This document shows, piece by piece, positions 1 to 9,746 of a stretch of 64,000 bases of DNA. Origin of the DNA: an uncultured Candidatus Saccharibacteria bacterium (lineage in GTDB: Bacteria; Patescibacteriota; Minisyncoccia; Phycocordibacterales; SBAW01); the NCBI GenBank assembly GCA_964650645.1, contig CAZYUH010000001.1:79373-143372 (forward strand). Reading direction: 5' to 3'. Within the stretch, counting starts at the first letter, position 1. Each line of letters starts with the position of its first letter. The translations under genes and the position numbers were made by a program. Below the pieces are notes generated by a model, which was not told the origin of the DNA, searched no databases, and worked only from the letters and a program-made list of their open reading frames with translations.

Positions 1-1105
1 AGCCCTGGCCGTACTCAAACGCACCCGAAAGGTCCATTACCGCAGCGTCCAAGCTCATGCCCTGCGACTTGTGCACCGTCATGGCCCATGCCAGGCGCAG
101 GGGCACCTGGGCAATCTGCGCCAGCACGCGCTTGCCGTCCTCGATGCGCCACTCCTCGGGCTCGGCCTCTATAAGCTTGCCCGCGCGCGTGCGGACCTGC
201 GGCCATCCGGCCGCGCTCCAGCCCTCGACGCGCCCCAGGGTGCCGTTGACGTAGCCGTGCTCAAAGTTGTTGCGCGTAAACATGACCGCCGCGCCCTCCT
301 TGAGCGTGAGCGTCTCGGGCGACAGGCATCCGCGCTTGAGCGCCTCGACAAGCGTCGCGGAACCCGAGGCGCGCATCTGGTACACGCGTGAGGCGTTCTC
401 GATGCGGCCCAGCGCCTCGGCGTTAAGGCGGTCGACGTCCTCGTTGTGCGGGTAAAGGCGCGTCGCGTTCGCGGGCGCCCCGCCCTCGCGGTAGCGCGTG
501 CGCAAAAGCTCGCGGTGCTCGTCTTCGAGCGCCCCTTGGCGCATCGCGGCCAGTAATTGCAGGAACAGCCCGTCGTCCTGGCGGTGCTGTTCCGAGAGGT
601 AGCAGACGAGCGGGTTGGCCGCCTCCCATGCCGGCGACGCGAAGGCGAACGCGGCCGGCTCGCCCTTCGACACCGGCGGCAGCTGGAAGAAGTCGCCCAC
701 GAACACCGCCTGCAGGCCGCCGAACGGGCTCTCATTGCCGCGCAGGTGCGAAAGCGCGCGGTCCACGAGCGATACGAGATTCGCGTCGAGCATGGATATC
801 TCGTCTATGATGAGCACCTTCGCCGCGCGCACGCGCCGCACCAGGGGCTCGCGCTCCATGAGCGCCTCAAGCTCCCACTCGCCGAGGCTCTTCTTTATGC
901 CCACCCCGCTCCAGGCGTGTATGGTCATGCCGCCCACGTGCGTCGCCGCGATGCCGGTAGAAGCGGTAATGGCGGGCTCGATGCCGCGCTCGCGCAGCCA
1001 CGCCACGTAGCGATTGATGACGTAGGTCTTGCCCGCGCCCGGCTCCCCGGTAAGGAAGACGTTCGCGCCGGTTTTTAAGATATTGAGCGCTTCTTCTTGT
1101 TTCAT
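1..1105 (-). CDS. PIF1-like AAA helicase (3' end runs off the window)
   Basis: Read manually (not in the ORF track): MKQEEALNILKTGANVFLTGEPGAGKT (Walker A), IIDEISM (Walker B), VGDFFQLPPV; ATG at 1105. Confidence 0.9.
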   Translation of the reverse strand, partial: MKQEEALNILKTGANVFLTGEPGAGKTYVINRYVAWLRERGIEPAITASTGIAATHVGGMTIHAWSGVGIKKSLGEWELEALMEREPLVRRVRAAKVLIIDEISMLDANLVSLVDRALSHLRGNESPFGGLQAVFVGDFFQLPPVSKGEPAAFAFASPAWEAANPLVCYLSEQHRQDDGLFLQLLAAMRQGALEDEHRELLRTRYREGGAPANATRLYPHNEDVDRLNAEALGRIENASRVYQMRASGSATLVEALKRGCLSPETLTLKEGAAVMFTRNNFEHGYVNGTLGRVEGWSAAGWPQVRTRAGKLIEAEPEEWRIEDGKRVLAQIAQVPLRLAWAMTVHKSQGMSLDAAVMDLSGAFEYGQG

Positions 1106-1113
1106 GTTGTTGG

Positions 1114-1418
1114 CGAGACTCCCCAAAAGCCAAGCTTGCCGGAGTGCGGATATTTTCTGAGGAAAATTCCTATCATCGAGCGAGTGAGAGAACAAAAGCC
1201 CTGCTTTTGATTCCGAGCGAGCGAAGATGATATGCCTACATACTACGCTACGCACCGTCGTGCTCGCGACACTCCGGACAAACTTGTTTTTGGGAGTCTC
1301 GTTGCGGCGTAAAACAAGTTCGCAAGGGGCTCCGCAGGCGTCGTCTGTCGACCCGCGGGAATGAGGATCTGTCGATTTTCACCAGGAAAGTCGTGTACCC
1401 TTGCGGACTTCGTTTTAC
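1114..1418. repeat. Two adjacent long imperfect inverted repeats (REP/MITE-like or structured RNA)
   Basis: cgagactcccc..ccggagtg (1114-1146) pairs with cactccgg..gggagtctcg (1270-1301); gtaaaacaagttcgcaaggg (1309-1328) pairs with cccttgcggacttcgttttac (1398-1418). Confidence 0.7.
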
Positions 1419-1423
1419 AGAGC

Positions 1424-1810
1424 TTACTTCTCCCCCTCCCCGAACTCCATGCAGACCGAGTTTATGCAGTAGCGCGCGCCCGTCACCGTCGGCCCGTCGT
1501 CGAAGAGATGCCCCAGGTGGCTGCCGCACTGCGCGCACACCGCCTCGGTGCGCTCCATGCCACGGCTCGCGTCGGGCACCTCCTTGACCGCGCCCGGCAG
1601 GGCCTGGTCGAAGGAAGGCCAGCCCGAGCCGGAGTCGAACTTCGCATTGGACGAGAACAGCGGGTTGCCGCACGCCGCGCACTTGAACACGCCGTCGCGC
1701 TCCTCGTGCAGGAGCTTGCCCGTAAACGGCGCCTCGGTGCCCTTTTGGCGCAGGGCCTCGTACTGCTCGGGGGTCAGCTTATCCTTCCACTCCTGTTCGC
1801 TGTTAGGCAT
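1424..1810 (-). CDS. msrB: Peptide-methionine (R)-S-oxide reductase
   Basis: GTEAPF, CAAC, KFDSGSGWPSF, HLGHLFDDGP, RYCINS motifs. Confidence 0.97.
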   Translation of the reverse strand: MPNSEQEWKDKLTPEQYEALRQKGTEAPFTGKLLHEERDGVFKCAACGNPLFSSNAKFDSGSGWPSFDQALPGAVKEVPDASRGMERTEAVCAQCGSHLGHLFDDGPTVTGARYCINSVCMEFGEGEK

Positions 1811-1838
1811 ACGCTTGAATTACGCTGCTAATCGCCCG

Positions 1839-2516
1839 CTACTCCCAAACATCTTCAGCAATGGCGGTGACGTCGTCCGCATCCGTATCGGCCACGGCGG
1901 CCGGTATGACGCATAATACCCTGCCCGCTATCTTGAAGTCCTCGCGCAGGACTATCGGCTTGTACTTCGGGTCCTTGTTCTCCGGGTAGAGTATCGTCAC
2001 TCCGTCGCGGCGCTCCAGGCGCTTGACGGTCACCATGTCGCCCACTATCGCCGCCACGCGGTCGCCGGACTTCACGTTGTCGGTGAACTGCACCAGTATG
2101 TAGTCGCCGCTTTGGATGCCCGCATCGAGCATCGAGTCGCCCACCGCGCGCACGGCCACTATCTCGCCGTTCTCCTCGACAATCTTCTTGTCTACCTGGA
2201 GGAACTCATCGTACTGCTCTTGGGCGAATATGGACAGGTCGTCGCAGCCCACGTTCGCCACCACCGGGACCGGGACGAGCGTCTCGGTGCGGCCCTCGGC
2301 GTCTATGGGGCGCAGTTCAATATTGCGGCGGGCATACTTGCGGCGCACCATGTAGCCCTTGCGCTCCAAGATGTCGAGGTACTGCACGACGGTGCGCAGG
2401 GACTTGAACCCGAGGTTGCGCCGGAGCTCCTCGAGCGTCGGCGGCTCGCCTTTTGCCTGGATGTAGAGCGATATGTTCTCCAAGACCCGCTTCTGCTTGC
2501 CAGTGAGTGTGTTCAT
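1839..2516 (-). CDS. lexA: LexA transcriptional repressor
   Basis: N-terminal wHTH (LTGKQKRVL..PPTLEEL) plus S24 peptidase (GDSM, TVKRL). Confidence 0.9.
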   Translation of the reverse strand: MNTLTGKQKRVLENISLYIQAKGEPPTLEELRRNLGFKSLRTVVQYLDILERKGYMVRRKYARRNIELRPIDAEGRTETLVPVPVVANVGCDDLSIFAQEQYDEFLQVDKKIVEENGEIVAVRAVGDSMLDAGIQSGDYILVQFTDNVKSGDRVAAIVGDMVTVKRLERRDGVTILYPENKDPKYKPIVLREDFKIAGRVLCVIPAAVADTDADDVTAIAEDVWE

Positions 2517-2652
2517 ATGTGTGCCGCTACCTTAGTAATATACACATATTAGCACAATTCAGGCTAAAAAATACACAAAATACACAAATTCTTGGGGACA
2601 AGCTATCCGGAAACGCAAAACAGGCGATGTCTAGCCCCCAGGCGGCGGCGCC

Positions 2653-2970
2653 TTACTGGGTATGGGTCTCGCGGCGGGACGGCAGGGCGAACACCTCCTT
2701 CGCCCTCATCTTTGCGACAACGAAGAGGTAGATTATTTCGAGGATGCCGAACGTGTTGACGATAAGCAAAGCGAGAAACCACCAGTACTGGCCGCGGCGC
2801 GCGGCATGCCAGAGCGCCAGCCCCTTCCATATGAGCGCCCACAGGACGAACAGCACCGCGAACGGCATGAGCGCCCCCAGCCAGAACGGCAGCATCCAAT
2901 CGTGCCCGCCCTGCACCACCACGGTGTGCGCCTGCCCCCACTCGCCCGGCCCGTACATGTACGTATTCAT
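2653..2970 (-). CDS. DUF5652-family membrane protein
   Basis: WKGLALWHAARRGQYWWFLALLIVNTFGILEIIYL signature. Confidence 0.8.
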   Translation of the reverse strand: MNTYMYGPGEWGQAHTVVVQGGHDWMLPFWLGALMPFAVLFVLWALIWKGLALWHAARRGQYWWFLALLIVNTFGILEIIYLFVVAKMRAKEVFALPSRRETHTQ

Positions 2971-2989
2971 GCCTTATAGTATATACCCG

Positions 2990-3262
2990 CTAAATGACGA
3001 GGAGCGCCGCCGACGCGAAGCCGCTCAGGACGCCGGCAATGGTCACCGACGCCAGCGAGCGGTGCACGCCGTACATGGTCCACACGATGTTGTTGCCGAG
3101 GATGACCCACAGCGTGAGCGAGGAGAGCGTGTTGGGCACGCCGAGCGCGAGGATGAGGTATATCTGCGGGTAGAGCGCGAGGCCGGACACGGCGCCGTTG
3201 ACGACGGCGAGCTTGTCGATGAAATGGTGGTGGCTCAGCGCCTCGATGGGAGCGGTGCTCAT
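2990..3262 (-). CDS. SemiSWEET/PQ-loop-like small transporter
   Basis: 90 aa, three hydrophobic segments, YPQ motif, WTMYG. Confidence 0.65.
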   Translation of the reverse strand: MSTAPIEALSHHHFIDKLAVVNGAVSGLALYPQIYLILALGVPNTLSSLTLWVILGNNIVWTMYGVHRSLASVTIAGVLSGFASAALLVI

Positions 3263-3292
3263 TCGGTAAGTATACCTTGCGCCGCGAGGGCT

Positions 3293-3967
3293 TTACGGCT
3301 TTACCACGGACCACGCGCCGCCCGCCCCCTGGCCCCGCGCATCATACGGCGAAGCGTCCTTCGAATAAAAATAGAGCGGCGCGCCGTTGTACGTGACCTG
3401 GAGCGCGCCGTCCGCGCGCGATATGGTGCCGACCTCGCCCGTGGTCGCGGAAGAAACGTGGATATCGGACTTTGATTTGACGGTGTACGGCGGCCAGGTT
3501 TCAGCGCAGACGCCCGTGCACGCGGACGCGCCGGGCGTCTGCTTGTCGGGCGCGTACGCGTACACGGTCATGCCGTTGTACGCGGACAAGTACGTGCCTA
3601 GCGCCTCGGTAGCGCTGATGCCGAGAATGAGGTTCTGCCCTACGCCGGTCCCGTCGCCCTGGCCCGGCACCGAAGCGTCGCCCAAGCCCGGATCGTCGGC
3701 CGCGGTGCCGCCGCCAGAGGCGGCGTCCTGCCCGGACGGCTCGGGAGCGCCGGTAGGCGCGCTAGGCTCGGGGCACGGCGCGAAGGCGCAGTTGGGGCCC
3801 GTGCGGCCCACCGAGGAGCCGTCGGGGCACACCATCGCTTCCATGGTGCAAGCTTGCATGCCGCCCATGCCCGGAATGGCCGGGCCCCCGTGCAGGGACC
3901 ACCAGTACCATCCGCCCAGCACGGCGAGCGCGGCAGCAAGACCCCCGATAACGAATGACGTACGCAT
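3293..3967 (-). CDS. Membrane-anchored protein with Cys-rich CTMEAMVCPDG motif and Lipoprotein_15 (COG4315-like) repeats
   Basis: Start MRTSFVIGG 6 nt after TATACT; GMTVYAY..CTGVCAETWPP..QVTYNGAPLYFYSKD. Confidence 0.75.
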   Translation of the reverse strand: MRTSFVIGGLAAALAVLGGWYWWSLHGGPAIPGMGGMQACTMEAMVCPDGSSVGRTGPNCAFAPCPEPSAPTGAPEPSGQDAASGGGTAADDPGLGDASVPGQGDGTGVGQNLILGISATEALGTYLSAYNGMTVYAYAPDKQTPGASACTGVCAETWPPYTVKSKSDIHVSSATTGEVGTISRADGALQVTYNGAPLYFYSKDASPYDARGQGAGGAWSVVKP

Positions 3968-3981
3968 AATGAAAGTATACC

Positions 3982-4776
3982 CTAGAGCATGAGCGCGCCC
4001 ACAAGGCCCGCCCTGCCGCCCAGCGCGCCCAGCTTGAGCGGCGGCATCTGCGGCACCGGCGCCGGCAGGGCGGCGTACCGCTTGGCGATGCGCTCGAGAA
4101 GCCCCGGGTTGCCGGTAATGACGGAACCGCCGAATACGATAATGTCGGGCGACCAGAACGCGACCGCGTTGTGCGCCATGACGGCGAGCGCGTGCGCGAC
4201 CTCGTCCTGCGCCTCCTCGCTCGCCTGCGAAATGTGCACGCCATGCTTCTTTTCGATGGCGCGGCCCGACGCTATCGACTCGACCGTGGCGCCCGACGCG
4301 TAGTCGATTATCTCGTTGCCCGGCTCGTAGCCCGCCGAACGGGGCGCTATGGCCCCGTCGACGGCGCACGCGCCTCCCACGCCCGTGCCCACTGTCAGGT
4401 ACGCGACGATGTTCGCGCCGCGCCCAGCGCCCGCGCGCGCCTCGCCCAGGCACGCGGCCGCGGCATCGTTTTCCACTACCACGCGCGCGGCGGGATACCG
4501 CTCCTTGATGGCGCCCGCGATGTCGGCGCCCTCCCAGTCGGGCAGATTGCGCGACGGAAACAAGAGCGCGCTGTCGTGCACCACGCCCGCCACGCCGCCC
4601 GTAATGGCCTCGGGCTTTTCACCCGCGGCCGCCTCTTCTAAAAGGCGCGCGAGCGCGGCGCGCGCCTCGCCCCACGCCTGCGGCGTATCCGCGACGAGCG
4701 GCTCGGCTATGCCCGCGCCGTCCGCGGATGCCGCGACGCGCATATTGGTCCCCCCTATGTCGAACACGAGCCTCAT
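3982..4776 (-). CDS. ROK-family sugar kinase (glucokinase-like)
   Basis: FDIGGTNMR, VENDAAAACLGE, TVGTGVGG. Confidence 0.9.
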   Translation of the reverse strand: MRLVFDIGGTNMRVAASADGAGIAEPLVADTPQAWGEARAALARLLEEAAAGEKPEAITGGVAGVVHDSALLFPSRNLPDWEGADIAGAIKERYPAARVVVENDAAAACLGEARAGAGRGANIVAYLTVGTGVGGACAVDGAIAPRSAGYEPGNEIIDYASGATVESIASGRAIEKKHGVHISQASEEAQDEVAHALAVMAHNAVAFWSPDIIVFGGSVITGNPGLLERIAKRYAALPAPVPQMPPLKLGALGGRAGLVGALML

Positions 4777-5684
4777 GCGATGCGCTTCTTGAATTCTTCT
4801 ATAATGCGCGTGTCGTCAGGGTCGGCGCCGCGCTCGAGCGCGAGCGCGCGGGCCCGCTCCTGCGCGAGAAGCGCCACGGCCACGAGCCTCTTGAGGGGCT
4901 CCGCAGGAACGGCGATGTTCTCGACGGCGACGCCGCGCTCCTGCGCGAGCGCCGCAAATACGTCCATGCGCTTTATGACGCGCGGGTCGTCGCTTTGGTC
5001 GCGCAGAAGCATGACGCGCGCGCCAGCGCCGCCTTCAAGCGTCGCTATCATCTCGTTGTGATTGAGCTCAGGGAAGGTGTTCGCGAACGCCGGTACTTTC
5101 GATGTTTCGTTGAACTGGACCTTGAAGTACTGAGCGAGCGCGGCATTCTTCTGCGAGGAGTATATGAGCGGCACGGCCCGCCCCAACGGAGCGCCCTGCG
5201 CCTGCGCTCCGGCGGACGATGCGGCCGCTGCGGCGCGCAGCGCCGCAAGCTCCCGCGCGCGGCCAAGCAGCGCCAGGAGCGCCACGGCGTGGTATCCGAC
5301 GCTCGCGCGCGGCGAGAGCGGGCTGTGCGGCAAAACAACGTGCGGGATATTCTCCGCGAGGGCGTACTCGATGAGCCTGCCGCCGAGGCTTATGGCCGCG
5401 CACGGCAGGCCGCGCTCGCGCGCGGCGCGCAAAAAGTCGAGCGTCTCCTCGGTGTTGCCCGAATGCGACACGGCGATTGCCAGGGTGCCCTCGGACACGG
5501 CCGGCAGGCCGTAGTCATGGTGCGTCGAAATGCCTAATTCGGGCGCGGCGGCGGATAGAAGGTCGGCGGCCAGATGGCTCCCGCCCATGCCGCCGACCAA
5601 AACGCGCGCGGCGGCGGGCGCCGCGCCGACGACGGCCGGCTCCCAGGAAAACTGCGAAAGGAAACTGTCGCGAAGCGTGTCCAT
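4773..5684 (-). CDS. Bifunctional phosphoglucose/phosphomannose isomerase (SIS domain)
   Basis: GMGGS, SHSGNTEETL, QFNETSK, FPELNHNE; start MDTLR at 5684. Confidence 0.9.
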   Translation of the reverse strand: MDTLRDSFLSQFSWEPAVVGAAPAAARVLVGGMGGSHLAADLLSAAAPELGISTHHDYGLPAVSEGTLAIAVSHSGNTEETLDFLRAARERGLPCAAISLGGRLIEYALAENIPHVVLPHSPLSPRASVGYHAVALLALLGRARELAALRAAAAASSAGAQAQGAPLGRAVPLIYSSQKNAALAQYFKVQFNETSKVPAFANTFPELNHNEMIATLEGGAGARVMLLRDQSDDPRVIKRMDVFAALAQERGVAVENIAVPAEPLKRLVAVALLAQERARALALERGADPDDTRIIEEFKKRIA

Positions 5685-5685
5685 A

Positions 5686-6951
5686 TTATCCCGTAGTATG
5701 CGGCTGCTCGAGCATATCGACAACCAGGCCGCCCCAGGTAAAGCCTTCCGCGCCCAGTCCCTCGCCGGTCACGGGGTTGAAGTACTCGCGGAAGCCGGAT
5801 TTTTCAAGGAGCCGTATCGAGCGCTCCAGCACGCGCGCGGCGTCCTCGACCATGCCGTAGCGGATGAGCCCGCGGTATATGAACCAGTTGGGCGCCATCC
5901 AGGAAGGCCCGCGCCAGAAGCCCTGAGGGTCGAACGATGGCTCGTCCTGAGACACGGTAGGCACGCCGTACGGCGCGTCGAACTCGGCCGCGTTGCGCAG
6001 GTGCTTTTCAACGAGCGCCTGCGCCTCTTCCTTGGTCGGAATGCCGGCGAAGAGCGGCGCGAAAATGCCCCACGTCTTCGTCTTAATCTTCTCGTAGTGC
6101 TCGCCGTGCGTCGACCAGAACACGCCGTCCTCGAGCATGAGCTCGCGCATCGCGGCCGCCACGCGCCCGGCCTCGGCGTCGAAGTAGGCCGCGTCGTAGC
6201 TCTGCTCGAGCTTCTCGGCGATGCGCGCGAGGCAGCGCAGGTTCTCCACCATAATGGCGTTGAACGGCACATCCTTGACCCAGAAGAAGTTCTTCATGCA
6301 GAAGGGCGCGTCGAACTTGCAGGTCCGGTTCTCATCCACCAGGGTCAGCCGCTGGGCGAAGTTCTCTATAAGCGTATGGACCGGCGGCAGGCCGAGCACC
6401 CCGTCGAAGCGCGGGCTGTTGTCCTCGCCCGACTCGTCGGGGTTGATGAGGCCCACCAGGTGCCGCGCGTGCGGGTCGCGCTCGTGCAAAAGATACTGGT
6501 AGAAGTGGAAGAGCTTCGGGTACAGCTCTTTTAGGAACGCCGCGTCGCGGTCGCGGTTGTATACCTGCCAGGCCGCGTAGGCGAGCATGGGCGGCTGGGT
6601 GATGCTCGACGTGCCCTCGCGGCCCCAGTCTATCTTCACGAAGTCGGCCTCCTGCCAGTAGATCATGTGCGGGATCATGCCGTTCTCGAACTGCCGGGAC
6701 ACCAGCGAGCGCAGCTCGGCCTTGGCGTCCTTTATTGATATGTGCGAGAGGATGATGGCGTGGAAGCACGAGTCCCACAGCCACTGGTACGGGTAGGTGG
6801 CCGGCGACGGCAGAGTGTACTGGAACCCGTCCGTCGTACGCCTGTTCTGAAGGAGTATGTCCGCTGCCTGCCGCTTCAGCTTTTCCGCGCGCGCCGCCGC
6901 GGCATCCTGGGGCGCGGCAATGCCGCGCGCCGCCGCCGTGTCTGGTTGCAT
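5686..6951 (-). CDS. GH63/MGH1-like (trehalase-fold) glycoside hydrolase
   Basis: YPYQWLWDSCFH, TQPP, ESGEDNSPRFD, FWRGPSW, GFREYFNP..FTW; ATG at 6951 lies 7 nt after TAGAAT. Confidence 0.88.
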   Translation of the reverse strand: MQPDTAAARGIAAPQDAAAARAEKLKRQAADILLQNRRTTDGFQYTLPSPATYPYQWLWDSCFHAIILSHISIKDAKAELRSLVSRQFENGMIPHMIYWQEADFVKIDWGREGTSSITQPPMLAYAAWQVYNRDRDAAFLKELYPKLFHFYQYLLHERDPHARHLVGLINPDESGEDNSPRFDGVLGLPPVHTLIENFAQRLTLVDENRTCKFDAPFCMKNFFWVKDVPFNAIMVENLRCLARIAEKLEQSYDAAYFDAEAGRVAAAMRELMLEDGVFWSTHGEHYEKIKTKTWGIFAPLFAGIPTKEEAQALVEKHLRNAAEFDAPYGVPTVSQDEPSFDPQGFWRGPSWMAPNWFIYRGLIRYGMVEDAARVLERSIRLLEKSGFREYFNPVTGEGLGAEGFTWGGLVVDMLEQPHTTG

Positions 6952-7019
6952 GCCTTTCATTCTACCCCATGCTGCCGGGAGCTTCCCGGGCGGACTCCGC
7001 TGCGGGGTATACTTGGCCC

Positions 7020-8225
7020 ATGGAGCGCGAGGCGACCAGGGTATGCATCGCGGGCGGAGGCCCGGCGGGCATCATGCTAGGCTATCTCCTGGCGCGCGCA
7101 GGCATAGACGTTACCGTGCTTGAAAAATGGCCGGACTTCTTCCGCGACTTCCGCGGCGACACGATACACCCTTCGACCATGCAGATACTCCACGAGCTCG
7201 GGCTCCTCGAGGAATTTCTCGCGCTTCCCCATAGCGTCATGCGCCAGATGGTCCTGCACGCGGACGGACGGGAGATTCCCGTGGCCGACTTCGCGCGCAT
7301 CAGGGCGCGCTGCCCCTATATCGCCTTTATCCCGCAATGGGACTTCCTGAACTTCCTCGCAAGCAAGGGCCGCGCGCTCCCCGCCTTCCATCTCCTCATG
7401 GAAACCGAGGCGACCGATCTTATCCGCGAGGACGGCGCGGTCGTAGGCCTCAGGGCGAAAAACAAGGACGGCGCGTTCGATATAAGGGCCGAGCTCGTCG
7501 TGGGCGCCGACGGGCGGCACTCGACCGTCCGCGAAAGGAGCGGACTCGCTTCGCGCGCGCTCGGCTCGCCCATAGACGTGCTGTGGTTCAGGCTCTCCGC
7601 GCGCGGGAGCGACCCGGAGCAGTCCTTCGGCTACGTAGGCCGGAGGCAGGCGCTCGTGCTTTTGGACCGCCGCGACTACTGGCAGTGCGCGCGGCTTATC
7701 CCCAAGGGCGGGTTCGAGGACATCAAGGCGCGCGGGATCGAGGCGTTCCGCCAAGACATCGCAACGCTCGTGCCCATGCTGGCGCCAAGCGTGGGCGAGC
7801 TTGCGTCATTCGACCAGGTAAAGCTGCTTTCGGTGGCCATAGACCGGCTCGGCACCTGGCACGCCCCGGGCCTCCTCATGATAGGCGACAGCGCTCACGC
7901 CATGTCGCCCATAGGCGGCGTGGGCATCAACCTCGCCATCGCCGACGCGGTCGCCGCCGCTAACGTGCTGGTGCCGACGCTCAAGCGGGGGCCCGTGCGC
8001 ACGGAAGCCCTGGCCCGGGTCCGGGCGCGGCGCATGCTCCCCACCCGCATAATCCAGCGCATGCAGGCGCTTATGCAGGACCGCGTGCTCGCTCCCATGA
8101 TAGGAAGCCCGGGCGCGGCGCGATTGCCGCTCGCGCTCAGGCTCTTCGCCCGCATCCCCGCCCTGCGCGCGCTCCCCGCCTACATGATAGGCATCGGCAT
8201 CCGCGCCGAGCACATCAGGCACTAA
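7020..8225 (+). CDS. FAD-dependent oxidoreductase/monooxygenase (UbiH-like)
   Basis: IAGGGPAG, VGADGRHS, IGDSAHAMSPIGGVGINLAIAD. Confidence 0.9.
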   Translation: MEREATRVCIAGGGPAGIMLGYLLARAGIDVTVLEKWPDFFRDFRGDTIHPSTMQILHELGLLEEFLALPHSVMRQMVLHADGREIPVADFARIRARCPYIAFIPQWDFLNFLASKGRALPAFHLLMETEATDLIREDGAVVGLRAKNKDGAFDIRAELVVGADGRHSTVRERSGLASRALGSPIDVLWFRLSARGSDPEQSFGYVGRRQALVLLDRRDYWQCARLIPKGGFEDIKARGIEAFRQDIATLVPMLAPSVGELASFDQVKLLSVAIDRLGTWHAPGLLMIGDSAHAMSPIGGVGINLAIADAVAAANVLVPTLKRGPVRTEALARVRARRMLPTRIIQRMQALMQDRVLAPMIGSPGAARLPLALRLFARIPALRALPAYMIGIGIRAEHIRH

Positions 8226-8237
8226 AAGGGCCCGGGA

Positions 8238-8654
8238 TTACTCCCGGGCTTTCTCTTGGACCCTCCAGCTGCGCACGCTGGACAGGATGCGCCGGAGCGC
8301 TTCGCACATGCTTTCCTCCTCCGTATCGTTAAACGGGACGCCATGCATGAGCGCGTGGATTTCCTTGAGGTTCGCGGGCACCTGCATGCGGAACCAGTCC
8401 GAGAAATTCCCCGACCTTTTGTAGCGCAGGTACCCGCCTGTCGCTTCCACCAGGCGCGCGTACTCCCACATGGACAGCACGCCGAACTCGTCAGACGCAG
8501 CCGCCCGCCTGAACCGGGCGTATTCTTGGCGCAGTACGTCGAACGCGTCCGCGCGCCACCCGCTCCCGCAATGCAGGCGCGCATGCAGGCCTCCGGCGTA
8601 CGCGGCGGACGCCTGCTCGGGCGGCAACGGCCCCCGTTTCTCGCTTCGCGGCAT
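8238..8654 (-). CDS. Hypothetical protein
   Basis: ORF with SD AAGGAGG before ATG 8654; no recognisable motif. Confidence 0.55.
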   Translation of the reverse strand: MPRSEKRGPLPPEQASAAYAGGLHARLHCGSGWRADAFDVLRQEYARFRRAAASDEFGVLSMWEYARLVEATGGYLRYKRSGNFSDWFRMQVPANLKEIHALMHGVPFNDTEEESMCEALRRILSSVRSWRVQEKARE

Positions 8655-8778
8655 ATCTTCCTCCTTGCAATGATCGCTCGCCCAAGAGTAGTCCAAAACA
8701 GGCAAAAAGAAAACGGCGCGGCCTTTCGGCCGCGCCGCGCTGTTTTGGAGGGGCTTTCGTCCCCACCCTTACGCACGG

Positions 8779-9093
8779 CTACTCCGGCATATTACGCTTG
8801 AGCCTGTCGAGCCCCCGATAGATGTTGTCAGTTATATAGTGCGTATCCTCGGGATGGTCTATGGCCCTGCTGACGCCGCGCATGACCCTCTCCAGTCCGT
8901 GGGCGTGCTCGATTGGTCCGTTATCGGCGCTCCTCAGTTTCTTCAGCAAGAGGTTGGCAAGGCCTTTCAAGGCTTCGCGCTGCTGCCCGTTCTCCTCGAA
9001 ATTGCCGAGCAGCCTCTCGGCTAGGTTCTCGAACTTCTCCGAAGCCTCCTCATCGAACGCGCGGCCGCGCGTCCTAACGTCACCCTTAATCAT
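8779..9093 (-). CDS. Hypothetical protein
   Basis: GGGAG SD before ATG 9093; TTGACA upstream at about 9170. Confidence 0.55.
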   Translation of the reverse strand: MIKGDVRTRGRAFDEEASEKFENLAERLLGNFEENGQQREALKGLANLLLKKLRSADNGPIEHAHGLERVMRGVSRAIDHPEDTHYITDNIYRGLDRLKRNMPE

Positions 9094-9223
9094 CAGATTC
9101 TCCCGTAGCGTGAGCGGTGGCGGAAAAACTATTCCGTTATGTATTACATACCAAGTATATATATTTGTCAACAATACAAAGCCGCCCTCGCGGGCGGCCC
9201 TTTCAGCTATTAGCGGGCGTGCG

Positions 9224-9595
9224 CTACCCTACCACGACCTTGAAGCCGGCGTAGGCCATGCGCTTGGGGTCGTTGGGCATGACGAAGTCCTTCTTCTCGG
9301 CGTAGGCCTTGTCGAAGTGGGCCATCACCTTCTTGTTGACCGCGTTGCGGTGCGCCTTGTTCTTGAACGCGATGTAGGAGAACCAGACCTGCTCGCCCGG
9401 CTTGGGCTTTGCCATCTTCCCGAAAGTGGTCACGACATGCTTGGGCGCCGCGTCGTCAATAACGCACTCCTTGTAGTCGAGCGCGCCGAACTTGAGCCAC
9501 GCCTCCTTCCCCTCGGCCGCCATCTTCTTGTACGCGGCCGCCTTGGCCTTGGGAACGACCAGCACGAACCCGTCTACGTATCCTGCTTTTGTCAT
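9224..9595 (-). CDS. DUF1428 (YbaA-like) protein
   Basis: YVDGFVLVVP..YKKMA..GALDYKEC..KRMAYAGFKVVV. Confidence 0.88.
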   Translation of the reverse strand: MTKAGYVDGFVLVVPKAKAAAYKKMAAEGKEAWLKFGALDYKECVIDDAAPKHVVTTFGKMAKPKPGEQVWFSYIAFKNKAHRNAVNKKVMAHFDKAYAEKKDFVMPNDPKRMAYAGFKVVVG

Positions 9596-9746
9596 ATGTT
9601 TGCGCGTAAATTATAAAAACTCCCGGCCGGACGCGCGAGCCCGAAGCCCGCGTACCGCCAAGTGTACCAGATGCGGGCACGCGCGCTATGGCGCGCAAAA
9701 CAAAAGACCGCCTTACCGCAGATACCCGATAAGGGGTCTTCTGCAG

